From Alphaproteobacteria bacterium (lineage in GTDB: Bacteria; Pseudomonadota; Alphaproteobacteria; UBA2966): DNA of 64,000 bases. The position numbers and the translations under genes are program-made. Below the pieces are notes generated by a model. The model was not told where the DNA came from. It saw only the letters and a list, made by a program, of their open reading frames with translations, and searched no databases. Location: assembly GCA_964291395.2 (NCBI GenBank), contig OZ219856.1, forward strand, positions 1,408,001 through 1,472,000, in the 5' to 3' direction. Below, in pieces: positions 46,547 to 55,842 of this stretch; within the stretch, counting starts at the first letter, position 1; every line of letters starts with the position of its first letter.

Positions 46547-48009
46547 CTCCGGTAGTTGAACGTCGTCGCACCCTTGCCGAGAAAGACGTAACCCACCTCG
46601 GGGCGGTGGGTCAGCTCGCGCAACAGCGTCGCGACCGGTGTTCGCATGACCGATCGACTCGGATGCAGGCGGCGCGCAGTTTTCCAGCGCTCTCGCATGG
46701 GGCGGGCGATCTGTAGTGCGGCCAATTGGTCCTCGTCTGACGTGAAGGGTCCCTCCTGGTCTTGCAACCGGGACATGACCGGTTCTACCCGTGCACCAGG
46801 ACGTTCCGAAATCGGCTCTCGCCCGCCGCTCAACCGGTCGAAGACGTCCGGGTCAATTCGGCCTGACACGGTGCCGAACCACCCCAGCACGTAATTCGCC
46901 AAGTCGGCCTGCACGGTCTTGTACCGTTCTCCCTCGATGACGTTGAACAGGGCCTGGACACCCACGAATTGCGAGATGGGCGTTACCATGATGGGCCAAC
47001 CGAGTTCCTCACGAATGCGGGAAATCTCGTCGAGGACGTGGCGAAGCCGGTCCGCCATGCCGAGCGCCTGGAGCTGGCTCTCCAAATTGCTGCGCATGCC
47101 CCCCGGCACCTGATGTCGGACAAGTGAAGGCTCGGGCATGACCGGCCGGCCGAGGGGTTTACCGTGGAGGGCGGCCTGCTCCCGGAAATGACGGGCGATC
47201 CGGTCGAGGGCATCGACGTCGAGACGAACCTGCAGTCCCGATTCGGCCGCTTCCCGGACCATGAATTCCGTCGGCGGGTTCGAGGTTCCGTCGGCAAGCG
47301 GAGATATTGCCGTCTGCGCCACGTCGATGCCGAGGCGCATGGCCTCGATCGCGTTGAAGGCGCCGAGGCCGGAAGCGCAGTGAGTCTGGAAATGGAACAG
47401 GGCCTGGTCTCCGATCGCGGACCTCAGTTTCATGACCAGCGCCCGCAGCCGCGCCGTCGTCATCAGGGAGGCGGCATCCTCGAGAATGACGCTGTCGGCT
47501 CCCAAGGCGACAAGTTCCTGCGCCTTGGTGACGTAGTACGCATCGGTGTGGATCGGGCTTTCGGTGAAGATCAGGGTCGCCGCGACGTGCAGATCCCGTT
47601 CCTTGGCTGCCTGAAGGGGAACCGCGATATTGGCCGTATCGTTGAGTCCGTCGAACAGATTGACCAGCGTGATCCCGTTGCCGGCCAGCACGTTCATCGC
47701 AAACGGAAACGCCTCGTCTGGCAGCGTCGACCATCCGAACACGCTCAGAGCTCGGACGATGGCGGCGACATGGTTTCCGCGGGACGCGCGAGCAATCAAT
47801 CGGACACGCTCCCAAGGATCTTCGGCGTTGAAATGATAAGACGCCTCGTAAACGGCGCCGCTCATCACTTCGATGCACCAGTACCCGCACCCGCCCATCG
47901 TATCGGCAATGGGTGCAATCATGGGCGTGGTCATGCGCGTCGCCCAAAGGCTCTGCTGGCCGTCGCGAAGTGCGGTCTCCCAGAATTCCAGGGTTCGCGT
48001 CATGCGCAA
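46543..48009 (-). CDS. stand-alone pyruvate carboxyltransferase domain protein (OadA/PycB/transcarboxylase 5S-like)
   Basis: LRDGQQSLWATRM, EDPWER, HQVPGGM, GWPIMVTPISQFVG; no biotinyl domain. Confidence 0.85.
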   Translation of the reverse strand: MRMTRTLEFWETALRDGQQSLWATRMTTPMIAPIADTMGGCGYWCIEVMSGAVYEASYHFNAEDPWERVRLIARASRGNHVAAIVRALSVFGWSTLPDEAFPFAMNVLAGNGITLVNLFDGLNDTANIAVPLQAAKERDLHVAATLIFTESPIHTDAYYVTKAQELVALGADSVILEDAASLMTTARLRALVMKLRSAIGDQALFHFQTHCASGLGAFNAIEAMRLGIDVAQTAISPLADGTSNPPTEFMVREAAESGLQVRLDVDALDRIARHFREQAALHGKPLGRPVMPEPSLVRHQVPGGMRSNLESQLQALGMADRLRHVLDEISRIREELGWPIMVTPISQFVGVQALFNVIEGERYKTVQADLANYVLGWFGTVSGRIDPDVFDRLSGGREPISERPGARVEPVMSRLQDQEGPFTSDEDQLAALQIARPMRERWKTARRLHPSRSVMRTPVATLLRELTHRPEVGYVFLGKGATTFNYRR

Positions 48010-48121
48010 TAGGCGGTCCGTTTAGGGTTGCACCTGATCAAACCTCATGCCGCAGGATATACTGTGGTCTCGGAGTACGGTTCAAACGCCGCTTCAGCCG
48101 CGGCAAATGGAGGGTCCGTAG

Positions 48122-49288
48122 ATGTCCGTTGCTGCCGATGTGATGTTCGATCCTGCGTCGTACGACAAAGTCCGGTTATCTCTTGAGGAGGCCGAAACCC
48201 TGCCGCCCTGGTGCTACACCTCCGAGGTGTATTACCGCGCCGAAGTCGAGCACATGTTCATGAAGGTGTGGAATCTTCTCGGCCGGGCCGACCGTATTCC
48301 CAACCCGGGAGACTTCTATACGGTCAAGTATGTGGGAGTTCCTATCATTTTCGTCCGTGGCAATGACGGGGCGGTCCACGCTTATTCAAACAGTTGCCGA
48401 CACCGGGGCACGCGAATTGCCGTTGGGGAGGGCAACTGCAAGAGTTTCGTTTGTCCCTATCACGGTTGGGCGTACGGGTTGGACGGCGCTCTGCTCGCCG
48501 CCCCGGGGATGGATGAAACGGCGAATTTCGACTTCGCGGACTACGGGTTGGTGCCTCTGCGCCTGGAGACGTGGGGCGGATTTCTGTTCGTCAACTTCGA
48601 TGACGATGCCGAGCCATTGTCCGACTATCTCGGCAACCTGCCCGTGGAGATGGCGTCCTACGGTTACGAAGACCTGGTACTCACCAATCATTGGAGCTAC
48701 GACGTCGCCTGCAACTGGAAGCTCCACATCGAGAACGCGATGGAGGACTATCACGTGCCCTGGGTGCACTCGACGAGCCTCGACCTGAAGGACGTGCAGT
48801 TCTGGAACGTGCCCACCGAGGGAAACTGGTTCGACATGCGCGAATGTCACGACGGCACGAGGGCGCTGCTGGAAGAAGATGCCCATCACGGCTTTCCCCG
48901 CATCAGCACGCTGAAGGGCCATGCCGCGGAGGGAACGAACTTCGTCTGCGTTGCCCCGTCCACCTGCATCGCGTCGACGACCGACTGTGTCTGGTACATC
49001 GAGCTCCATCCTCAGGGGCCTGGCAGCACCAAAGTGAACGTCGGCGCGTGCTTTCCAAAGGAGACGGCAGCGCGTCCCGATTTCGACGAGAGAGTCCAGT
49101 ACTATTACAAGCGCTGGCGTCGGTCGGTCGGTGAAGACAACAACATTTCCGCGGTGCAACAGGAAGGGCTGTTCTCCCCCTTTGTGACGCCCGGACGTCT
49201 GTCGACCCTGGAACCGCTCGTGCGCAGCCTTGGTGAGTGGTGGATTGACTGGGTCATCGACCGTGGCGCCGCCGCCGAGATCAAGTGA
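48122..49288 (+). CDS. Rieske oxygenase alpha subunit (choline monooxygenase/CntA/GbcA-like)
   Basis: TLPPWCY, CRHRG..CPYHGW, NWK..ENAMEDYHVPWVH, ED..QQEG. Confidence 0.87.
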   Translation: MSVAADVMFDPASYDKVRLSLEEAETLPPWCYTSEVYYRAEVEHMFMKVWNLLGRADRIPNPGDFYTVKYVGVPIIFVRGNDGAVHAYSNSCRHRGTRIAVGEGNCKSFVCPYHGWAYGLDGALLAAPGMDETANFDFADYGLVPLRLETWGGFLFVNFDDDAEPLSDYLGNLPVEMASYGYEDLVLTNHWSYDVACNWKLHIENAMEDYHVPWVHSTSLDLKDVQFWNVPTEGNWFDMRECHDGTRALLEEDAHHGFPRISTLKGHAAEGTNFVCVAPSTCIASTTDCVWYIELHPQGPGSTKVNVGACFPKETAARPDFDERVQYYYKRWRRSVGEDNNISAVQQEGLFSPFVTPGRLSTLEPLVRSLGEWWIDWVIDRGAAAEIK

Positions 49289-50433
49289 ACGAACGGCACA
49301 TGTTCCTGAAGGGCCACTGGTACGCGGCGGGCTTCCCGCATGAACTGGGGCGGGAGTTCCTCGCACGGACCTTCCTGAACCAGGCCGTCGTCATGTTCCG
49401 CACGGAGGATGGGACGCCGGTCGCCCTGGAGGATCGTTGTGCTCATCGGCGGGTGCCTCTGTCGCTGGGCCGCCTGATCGGCGACACCGTCGAGTGCGGT
49501 TACCACGGACTTCAATATGATTGCTCGGGCAAATGCACGAGGATTCCTGGACAGAAGCGTCCTCCGCCCAAGGTCGGCGTTCGGGCCTACCCGCTCGTGG
49601 AAAAGCACCGCTTCTTGTGGATCTGGATGGGAGACCCCGAGAAGGCCGACGAGGCGTTGATTCCCGACTACAGCATGCTGAACCGCACGGGATTGCAGGT
49701 CAGCAACATCCAGTTCCACATGGATGCGCATGTCCAGTTCGTCATCGACAACCTGCTGGATCTCTCCCACCTTGCCTACGTTCACGGAACGACCACCGGG
49801 AGTCCCGAGATTTCCGAGACCGCTGACGTGAAGATCGTCCGGGACGGGGACTCGGTGCGCGTCCTGCGCTGGATGGAGAACGTGCCGCCGGCGCCGGCCT
49901 TCCGACAATTCGGTGGCTACGAGGGGAACATCGATAGTTGGCAGATCTCCGAGTTCCGGCCACCCACGTATGTCCGGGTGAGCTACGGCTCGGCACCGGC
50001 GGGTCACGGCGTTCCCGAGGGCGACTGGTACGAGGATCAGGGCCATTGGGGATTCTACGTCTATCACGGACTCACGCCGGAAACGGAGAAGCGCTGCCAC
50101 CAGTATCGGTACGTCGCCTTCGATCCGGGCATGGGCGATGCGCGAACCGTCGCGGAATTCCGTTTCCAGTGCGATCAGATCATCATCGAGGATTCCGTGC
50201 TGTTCCCCATCCAGCAGGAGTCCATCGATCGCGATCCGGCGAAGACGTCGGCGTGGGACATCAACACGCAGGTGGAGATCGTCCACGATGGCGGGTTATC
50301 GGCCGCACGTCAGATCATCGACGAACTCCTGGCGGAACAGGAGAATGGTAGGCGCAGTGGCGTCGCCGGGGCGGGCAAGAAAGCCGGCCGCAAGACCGGC
50401 AAACCCGCACGTGTGCGCGTCGTGGCGAACTGA
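49285..50433 (+). CDS. Rieske oxygenase alpha subunit (VanA/TsaM/DdmC-like)
   Basis: CAHR..CGYHG, DNLLDLSHLAYVH, TPET, ED..QQ; GTGA overlap with the previous gene. Confidence 0.88.
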   Translation: MNERHMFLKGHWYAAGFPHELGREFLARTFLNQAVVMFRTEDGTPVALEDRCAHRRVPLSLGRLIGDTVECGYHGLQYDCSGKCTRIPGQKRPPPKVGVRAYPLVEKHRFLWIWMGDPEKADEALIPDYSMLNRTGLQVSNIQFHMDAHVQFVIDNLLDLSHLAYVHGTTTGSPEISETADVKIVRDGDSVRVLRWMENVPPAPAFRQFGGYEGNIDSWQISEFRPPTYVRVSYGSAPAGHGVPEGDWYEDQGHWGFYVYHGLTPETEKRCHQYRYVAFDPGMGDARTVAEFRFQCDQIIIEDSVLFPIQQESIDRDPAKTSAWDINTQVEIVHDGGLSAARQIIDELLAEQENGRRSGVAGAGKKAGRKTGKPARVRVVAN

Positions 50434-50446
50434 AGGAGCGGACTTG

Positions 50447-51583
50447 ATGTTCCTGAGAAATCACTGGTACACGGCAGCGTGGTCGGACGAGCTCGGCACC
50501 GAGCCGCTGGCCCTGACTATGCTCGGCGAGGATGTGCTTCTCTACCGTAAACAGGATGGAACGCCTGTCGCGCTGGAGAACCGTTGTGCCCACCGTCGCG
50601 TGCCGCTCTCGAAGGGCAAGATCGTTGGCAGCGAAATCCAATGCGGCTATCACGGTCTGGTCTATGACTGCACCGGCGCCTGCGTAAAGGTTCCCGGCCA
50701 GGTGCGCGTGCCCAAGGGGACGCGGGTCAAGTCCTATCCCGTGATCGAGCGCCACGCGTTCGTTTACGTCTGGATGGGCGATCCGGACGATGCGGACGAA
50801 TCCCTGATCATCGACTTCCCACGCCTGGATCATCCCGAATGGGGGGTGACCAAGCTCCATCTGCACATCAAGGCGAATTATTTGCTGTTGATCGACAACT
50901 TGCTCGATCTCTCGCACGTCGCCTTTTTGCACCACACGACGATCGGCAATACGCCCGTGGCCGAGGATGCCGAAGTCGTCCACGAGCGTCACGGCGACAT
51001 GCTGCGGGTCACGCGCGAGATGATCGACGTGCCGGCGGCGCGAACCTACGCGGAGTTCGGGTCCCATCCGGGCAACTTCGACCGCTGGCAACTCGCCGAG
51101 TGGCGGCCACCGGCCTACTTCCTCATCAACAACGGGTCTGAAGGCACGGGCTTGAGAGATCCCGGTCAGTATCGGGTCTACGATCAGGGGGAATGGGGCT
51201 TCCAGGTTTATCACGGCATCACACCGGAAACCGACCGGTCGACCCACCAGTTCTGGGCCATCGCCTACGAGTTGTCGGCCGTTCCGAAGAAAAGCCGCCC
51301 GGAGTTCCACCGTCAGTGCCACCAGGTGATCTGGGAGGACGTCGCAATTTACGAGGCGCAGCAGCGTTCGCTCGACAGCGATCCGGAGGGCGCGACGCCG
51401 GAGAACGTCAACGAGAGGGTGCAGATCTCTTTTGACCAGGGTCTGCTGCAAGCCCGCAAGATCATCGCCCGGCTGCTGAAGAAGGAAGCGGCAGCTAAAA
51501 GGAAGGCCGCCAGATCCGGGAAAGCGAGCAAGAAGGCCGCGAGGCCAATGCCGCAGAGGCAGAGTAGAGAGGCGGCGGCATAG
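50447..51583 (+). CDS. Rieske oxygenase alpha subunit (VanA-like, paralog 2)
   Basis: MFLRNHWY, CAHR..CGYHG, DNLLDLSHVAFLH, EDVAIYEAQQ; AAGGAG RBS. Confidence 0.88.
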   Translation: MFLRNHWYTAAWSDELGTEPLALTMLGEDVLLYRKQDGTPVALENRCAHRRVPLSKGKIVGSEIQCGYHGLVYDCTGACVKVPGQVRVPKGTRVKSYPVIERHAFVYVWMGDPDDADESLIIDFPRLDHPEWGVTKLHLHIKANYLLLIDNLLDLSHVAFLHHTTIGNTPVAEDAEVVHERHGDMLRVTREMIDVPAARTYAEFGSHPGNFDRWQLAEWRPPAYFLINNGSEGTGLRDPGQYRVYDQGEWGFQVYHGITPETDRSTHQFWAIAYELSAVPKKSRPEFHRQCHQVIWEDVAIYEAQQRSLDSDPEGATPENVNERVQISFDQGLLQARKIIARLLKKEAAAKRKAARSGKASKKAARPMPQRQSREAAA

Positions 51584-51592
51584 GAGGGACGG

Positions 51593-52636
51593 ATGTTTCT
51601 GAGGAACTACTGGTACGTCGGCGCCTACTCGGACGAGGTGACCCGCGAACCGATGGGCCGCGTCCTGCTCGGTGAACCCGTGGTGCTCTTCAGAACCCAG
51701 GACGGCAAGGCCGTCGCGCTCGAGGATCGTTGCGCCCACCGCCTGCTGCCGCTGTCCATGGGCAAGGTGATCGGGGACGTCATCCAGTGCCACTACCACG
51801 CCCTCGAGTTCGACGACACGGGCGCCTGCGTGCGAATCCCCGGTCAGGAGCGCATCCCGCCGCAGATGAAGGTCAAGAGCTACCCGGTGGTCGAGCGCGA
51901 CAATTGCGTCTTCGTCTGGATGGGCGAGGCCGGGGACGCCGACGAGTCCGAGGCCCCTGAATTCTTCGGCCTGCTCTTCCAAGACGGCTGGGGCGTGACC
52001 AAGGTGCATTGCCATGTGCAGGGCCATTACCAGCTCGTCATCGACAACCTGCTCGACCTCTCGCACCTCGCCACGGTACATGCCTCGACCGTCGGCAGCA
52101 TGCACGTCGCGGACCTTGCCGATGTCGAGATGGAACGGGACGGGGATCGCGTCAAGGTCTCCCGCTGGACGATGGATGTTCCGGCCGCCAGGACCTACCG
52201 GCAGTTCGGCAACTACGACTCCAACATCGACCGCTGGCAGATTTCCGAGTTCATGCCGCCCTCCTATTTCCGCATCAACAACGGTTCAGCGGCGGCCGGG
52301 ACCGGCGCCCGCCAGGGCAAGGGCGAGAAACGTTGGGACTTTTGGGTCTGCCACGGCATCACGCCGTCGACCGAGGACTCGACTCACTACTTCTGGCACC
52401 TCGGTCACAAGCTCTGGACCGACGACATGGACGAGGTGAACGAGTTCTACGAGCAGTGCCACAATGTGGTTGGCGAGGACATCGCCGTGTTCGAGGCGCA
52501 ACAGAGGAACATCAACGTCGATCCTGATGCGCCGATGGTCGATATCGGCTACGACGCGGGCCCTCTCCTCGCCCGCCGGATTATCGATCGGCTGCTGAAG
52601 GAGGAAGCCGCGGCACGTCCGGGCAAGGCGGTCTAA
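51593..52636 (+). CDS. Rieske oxygenase alpha subunit (VanA-like, paralog 3)
   Basis: MFLRNYWY, CAHR..CHYH, DNLLDLSHLATVH, EDIAVFEAQQ; AGGAGG RBS. Confidence 0.88.
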   Translation: MFLRNYWYVGAYSDEVTREPMGRVLLGEPVVLFRTQDGKAVALEDRCAHRLLPLSMGKVIGDVIQCHYHALEFDDTGACVRIPGQERIPPQMKVKSYPVVERDNCVFVWMGEAGDADESEAPEFFGLLFQDGWGVTKVHCHVQGHYQLVIDNLLDLSHLATVHASTVGSMHVADLADVEMERDGDRVKVSRWTMDVPAARTYRQFGNYDSNIDRWQISEFMPPSYFRINNGSAAAGTGARQGKGEKRWDFWVCHGITPSTEDSTHYFWHLGHKLWTDDMDEVNEFYEQCHNVVGEDIAVFEAQQRNINVDPDAPMVDIGYDAGPLLARRIIDRLLKEEAAARPGKAV

Positions 52637-53910
52637 GGACCCAACACCTGCGGCAGGAACAGCGAGACCTCGGGCACGTAGGTGATGATTCCGAGCGCGA
52701 TGATGTTGATGATGATGAACGGCACGACGCCGCGATAGATCGCGGTAAGCGGTGCCCTCAGCACCGATTGCACGACGAAGATGTTGAGCCCGAAGGGCGG
52801 CGTGAACATGCCGATCTCCAGATTCATCACCATTATGATGCCGAAATGGATGAGATCGATGTCGGCGGCCAGCACGATGGGCAGCAGCAGAGGCGTCAGG
52901 ATGATGATCGCGGACGTCGGGTCGAGCAGGCAGCCGACGATCAGCAGCAGCAGGTTGATGACCAGAAGAATGACCCAGGGCTGGGCGCCGATGTTCTCGA
53001 TAAACCCGACGATGGCGGCCGGCACGCCGCTGATCGTCAGCAGCCAGGAATAGAGGCCCGCCGCGGCAATGATGATGAAGATCTGGGCGCATACGTAGGC
53101 CGTGCGAATCGCCGCCTCCCAGACGCCGCGCCAATCGAGCTCCCGGTAGGCGTACATGGTGACGATGATGGCGTAGATCCCCGCGATCGCGCCGGCCTCG
53201 GTGGGGTCGAAGACGCCCGAATAGATGCCGCCCAAGATGATCAGCGGCGTCATCAGGGCGAGAAAGCCCGCCCCTGAGGCGCGGACGAATTCGCGGAACG
53301 CGAAGCTTTTGGTGATCCCCATGTTGTTGCGGCGCGCGTAGAGATAGATGTAGGCCGCCATCAGCGCGGCCAGCAGCAGGCCGGGCAGGAATCCGGCGAT
53401 GAACAGCTTCACCACCGATACCTCCGCCGAACCGCCGTAGATGATCATGGCGATCGAGGGCGGGATGATCACCGCGATGGCGCCGGACGAGGCCAGCACG
53501 CCGGCGGAAAAGCTCTCGCTATAGCCGTTGTTGAGCAGCGGTCGGTAGAGCACCTGTCCCACGGCGGCCGTCGTCGCCGCACCGGACCCCGACATGGCGC
53601 CGAAGAAGGCGCACGACCCCACCGCGGTGATGGGCAGGCTGCCGCGCACGCCGCCGACGATGGAGAGAACCCAGGAGACGATGCGGTTGGAGAGGCCGCC
53701 GCGGCTCATCAGCTCGCCGGCGAAGATGAAGAAGGGCGCGGCCAGGAACGCGAGCTTGTCGACGCTGCCGAACATCTTGATGTGGGCGATGTTCATCGAC
53801 ACGTCCATGAAGAACGTGAGGATGACGACGGAGGTCGCGATGAGGATGAGAAAGACCGGGAAGCCGAAGATCAGGAGGCTGACCGGCAGGAGGACCATTA
53901 CCCAGCCCAC
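52633..53910 (-). CDS. TRAP transporter large permease (DctM)
   Basis: APFFIFAGELM, IIPPSI, PTEAG, HFGII, TPPFGLN. Confidence 0.93.
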   Translation of the reverse strand: MGWVMVLLPVSLLIFGFPVFLILIATSVVILTFFMDVSMNIAHIKMFGSVDKLAFLAAPFFIFAGELMSRGGLSNRIVSWVLSIVGGVRGSLPITAVGSCAFFGAMSGSGAATTAAVGQVLYRPLLNNGYSESFSAGVLASSGAIAVIIPPSIAMIIYGGSAEVSVVKLFIAGFLPGLLLAALMAAYIYLYARRNNMGITKSFAFREFVRASGAGFLALMTPLIILGGIYSGVFDPTEAGAIAGIYAIIVTMYAYRELDWRGVWEAAIRTAYVCAQIFIIIAAAGLYSWLLTISGVPAAIVGFIENIGAQPWVILLVINLLLLIVGCLLDPTSAIIILTPLLLPIVLAADIDLIHFGIIMVMNLEIGMFTPPFGLNIFVVQSVLRAPLTAIYRGVVPFIIINIIALGIITYVPEVSLFLPQVLGP

Positions 53911-53952
53911 GGCTCGCCTCCCCGTTCTGGGATGCTGCGGGACATTGTGGGG

Positions 53953-54522
53953 CTACACGCCATGATCGATGGTTCTGCCTTCTTTCACTTCCGAGATGTC
54001 GTCGTGTGTCCGGTCCATCTCGCCGAGCACGTTGGCCCGGAAGCGGACCACGACGGCGACCAGCATGAAGAAGAAGCCGATGAGCACCATGGAGTGCGGG
54101 TACACCATCGGGATCTCGGCGGCGACGCTGTGCTTGTCGAATCGCACCTGGAGAACGGTGACCTGCCAGGACTGGGTGACGATAAAGGCGCAGATGCCGA
54201 TGAACGTGACCGTAGAGACGAAGTTCACGATCTCCTTCCACGGTCTCGGCAGGAATTGGGACAGAATGTCCATCTTGAGATGGCGCCCGTCCCAGGTCAC
54301 GAGGATGGCGGCGATGTAGACGAAGCAGATCAGGATGTAGCGCTGAACTTCTTCGGCCCAGAAGAAAGGTGCGAGGAAGAAGTATCGGGCGACGACGTTG
54401 GCGCCCGAGACCGCGACGATCGCCAGTACGAGAATGCCGCAGATGAAGCGGGGGATCGCGAAGGCGATTCGCTCAAGTCGCCGGTAGCGGTCTTCGGTAC
54501 GGGAACCGGACTCCTCACTCAT
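53953..54522 (-). CDS. TRAP transporter small permease (DctQ)
   Basis: four TM helices, NVVARY, WAEEV, HLKMD. Confidence 0.88.
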   Translation of the reverse strand: MSEESGSRTEDRYRRLERIAFAIPRFICGILVLAIVAVSGANVVARYFFLAPFFWAEEVQRYILICFVYIAAILVTWDGRHLKMDILSQFLPRPWKEIVNFVSTVTFIGICAFIVTQSWQVTVLQVRFDKHSVAAEIPMVYPHSMVLIGFFFMLVAVVVRFRANVLGEMDRTHDDISEVKEGRTIDHGV

Positions 54523-54714
54523 GACGGCGGCAGCTCCTCCCCGCTGCGACCCCATTCCGAACACGCCGTCCTCGACGCGCCAACTGCTTTTCCGGATCGC
54601 AAAACCCACGGAAAAACAAGGTTTAAGGGGCTTTGACGCGCTTTACAGTACCGACATCGCTCTCTAAGCTCAACTTGCCAACCACACCTAGAATGGGACA
54701 AAGGGAGGCTCCAG

Positions 54715-55782
54715 ATGTCCAGGACATTTTCAAAAGTGGTCTCCGGTTTACCGATTGCCTTGTTGAGCGCGGCATTTGCGACGTTTTTGATTCTTGGGCC
54801 CCAGCAAGTGGCGGCGGCCGAGTTCGTGATCAAGGTCGCCATTTTCCCGACGGACGAAATCCACCACGAATTCGGACGGAAGTACGAGCAGCGCCTCGAG
54901 GAAGTGACCAACGGACGCATCGACGTCCAGCTCTTCCCGGGCCATCAGTTGGGTGGCATCGGCGAGATGGTGGACGGCGTACAGGTCGGTACCATCGAGA
55001 TCAGCATGTTGCCGCCCGGCTTCTTCAAAGGTGTCGACCGGCGCTATCAGGTGACGGACGTGCCAGGCCTGTTCGACGACATCGCCCACATCTCCCGGGC
55101 CCTGAGCTGCCCGCACTTCCGGGACGACTTCATGCGAATGACCGAGGACAAAGGCATGATCGGCGTAGCCATCTTCGACTATGGACCGACCGCCTACGCC
55201 TCGCTCGAGCCCATCCGCACGCTGGCCGATTTCAAGGGCAAGAAGATCCGCGTGCTGGCCACCGACGTGGAGCGCGCCGTGATCGAGGAGTTCGGCGGCA
55301 CGGGCATTCCGATGCCCATGGGCGATGCCATTCCCGGTCTGCAACGCAAACAGATCGACGGCATCCGCAGCACCATCGTCGTGCTCGCGGCGCTCAAGTT
55401 CTACGACGTCGCCAAGTACATCACCCTGGTCGAGGACACCCACATCCCCGACATGGCGATGATGAGCAAGAAGTTCTACGATTCACTGCCCCCCGACCTG
55501 CAGAAGGCGGTGATGGACGTGGGTGCGGAGCTCGAGCGTTACATGGAAGACGTGGTTATCCGCTACGACCGCCGCGCCGCGAACCTGTGGCGCAGCAAGG
55601 GCGGAGAGGTGATCCGGTTGTCCACGGCGGACCGCGACGAGTTCATGGCCCGGACAGCCAAGATCGGGGACCGCATCATGGGCGAAGATCCGGAACTCGC
55701 GCCGATGTACAACAAGTTGAAAGAGTGCGCGCGCATCACACGCCTGACCGATCATGAGATCAAAAAAGGATCCGGCCTCTGA
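54715..55782 (+). CDS. TRAP substrate-binding protein (DctP family)
   Basis: signal peptide, FPGHQLG, DFKGKKIRV (conserved carboxylate-binding Arg), LQRKQIDG. Confidence 0.9.
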   Translation: MSRTFSKVVSGLPIALLSAAFATFLILGPQQVAAAEFVIKVAIFPTDEIHHEFGRKYEQRLEEVTNGRIDVQLFPGHQLGGIGEMVDGVQVGTIEISMLPPGFFKGVDRRYQVTDVPGLFDDIAHISRALSCPHFRDDFMRMTEDKGMIGVAIFDYGPTAYASLEPIRTLADFKGKKIRVLATDVERAVIEEFGGTGIPMPMGDAIPGLQRKQIDGIRSTIVVLAALKFYDVAKYITLVEDTHIPDMAMMSKKFYDSLPPDLQKAVMDVGAELERYMEDVVIRYDRRAANLWRSKGGEVIRLSTADRDEFMARTAKIGDRIMGEDPELAPMYNKLKECARITRLTDHEIKKGSGL

Positions 55783-55809
55783 GGGGAATTCAACGGACGC
55801 AGGACATCG

Positions 55810-55841
55810 AGGGGTCGGCAAATCGCCGGCCCCTTTCCTTT
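55810..55841 (+). terminator. intrinsic terminator after dctP
   Basis: GGGGTCGGC-AAATC-GCCGGCCCC followed by TTTCCTTT. Confidence 0.7.
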
Positions 55842-55842
55842 G

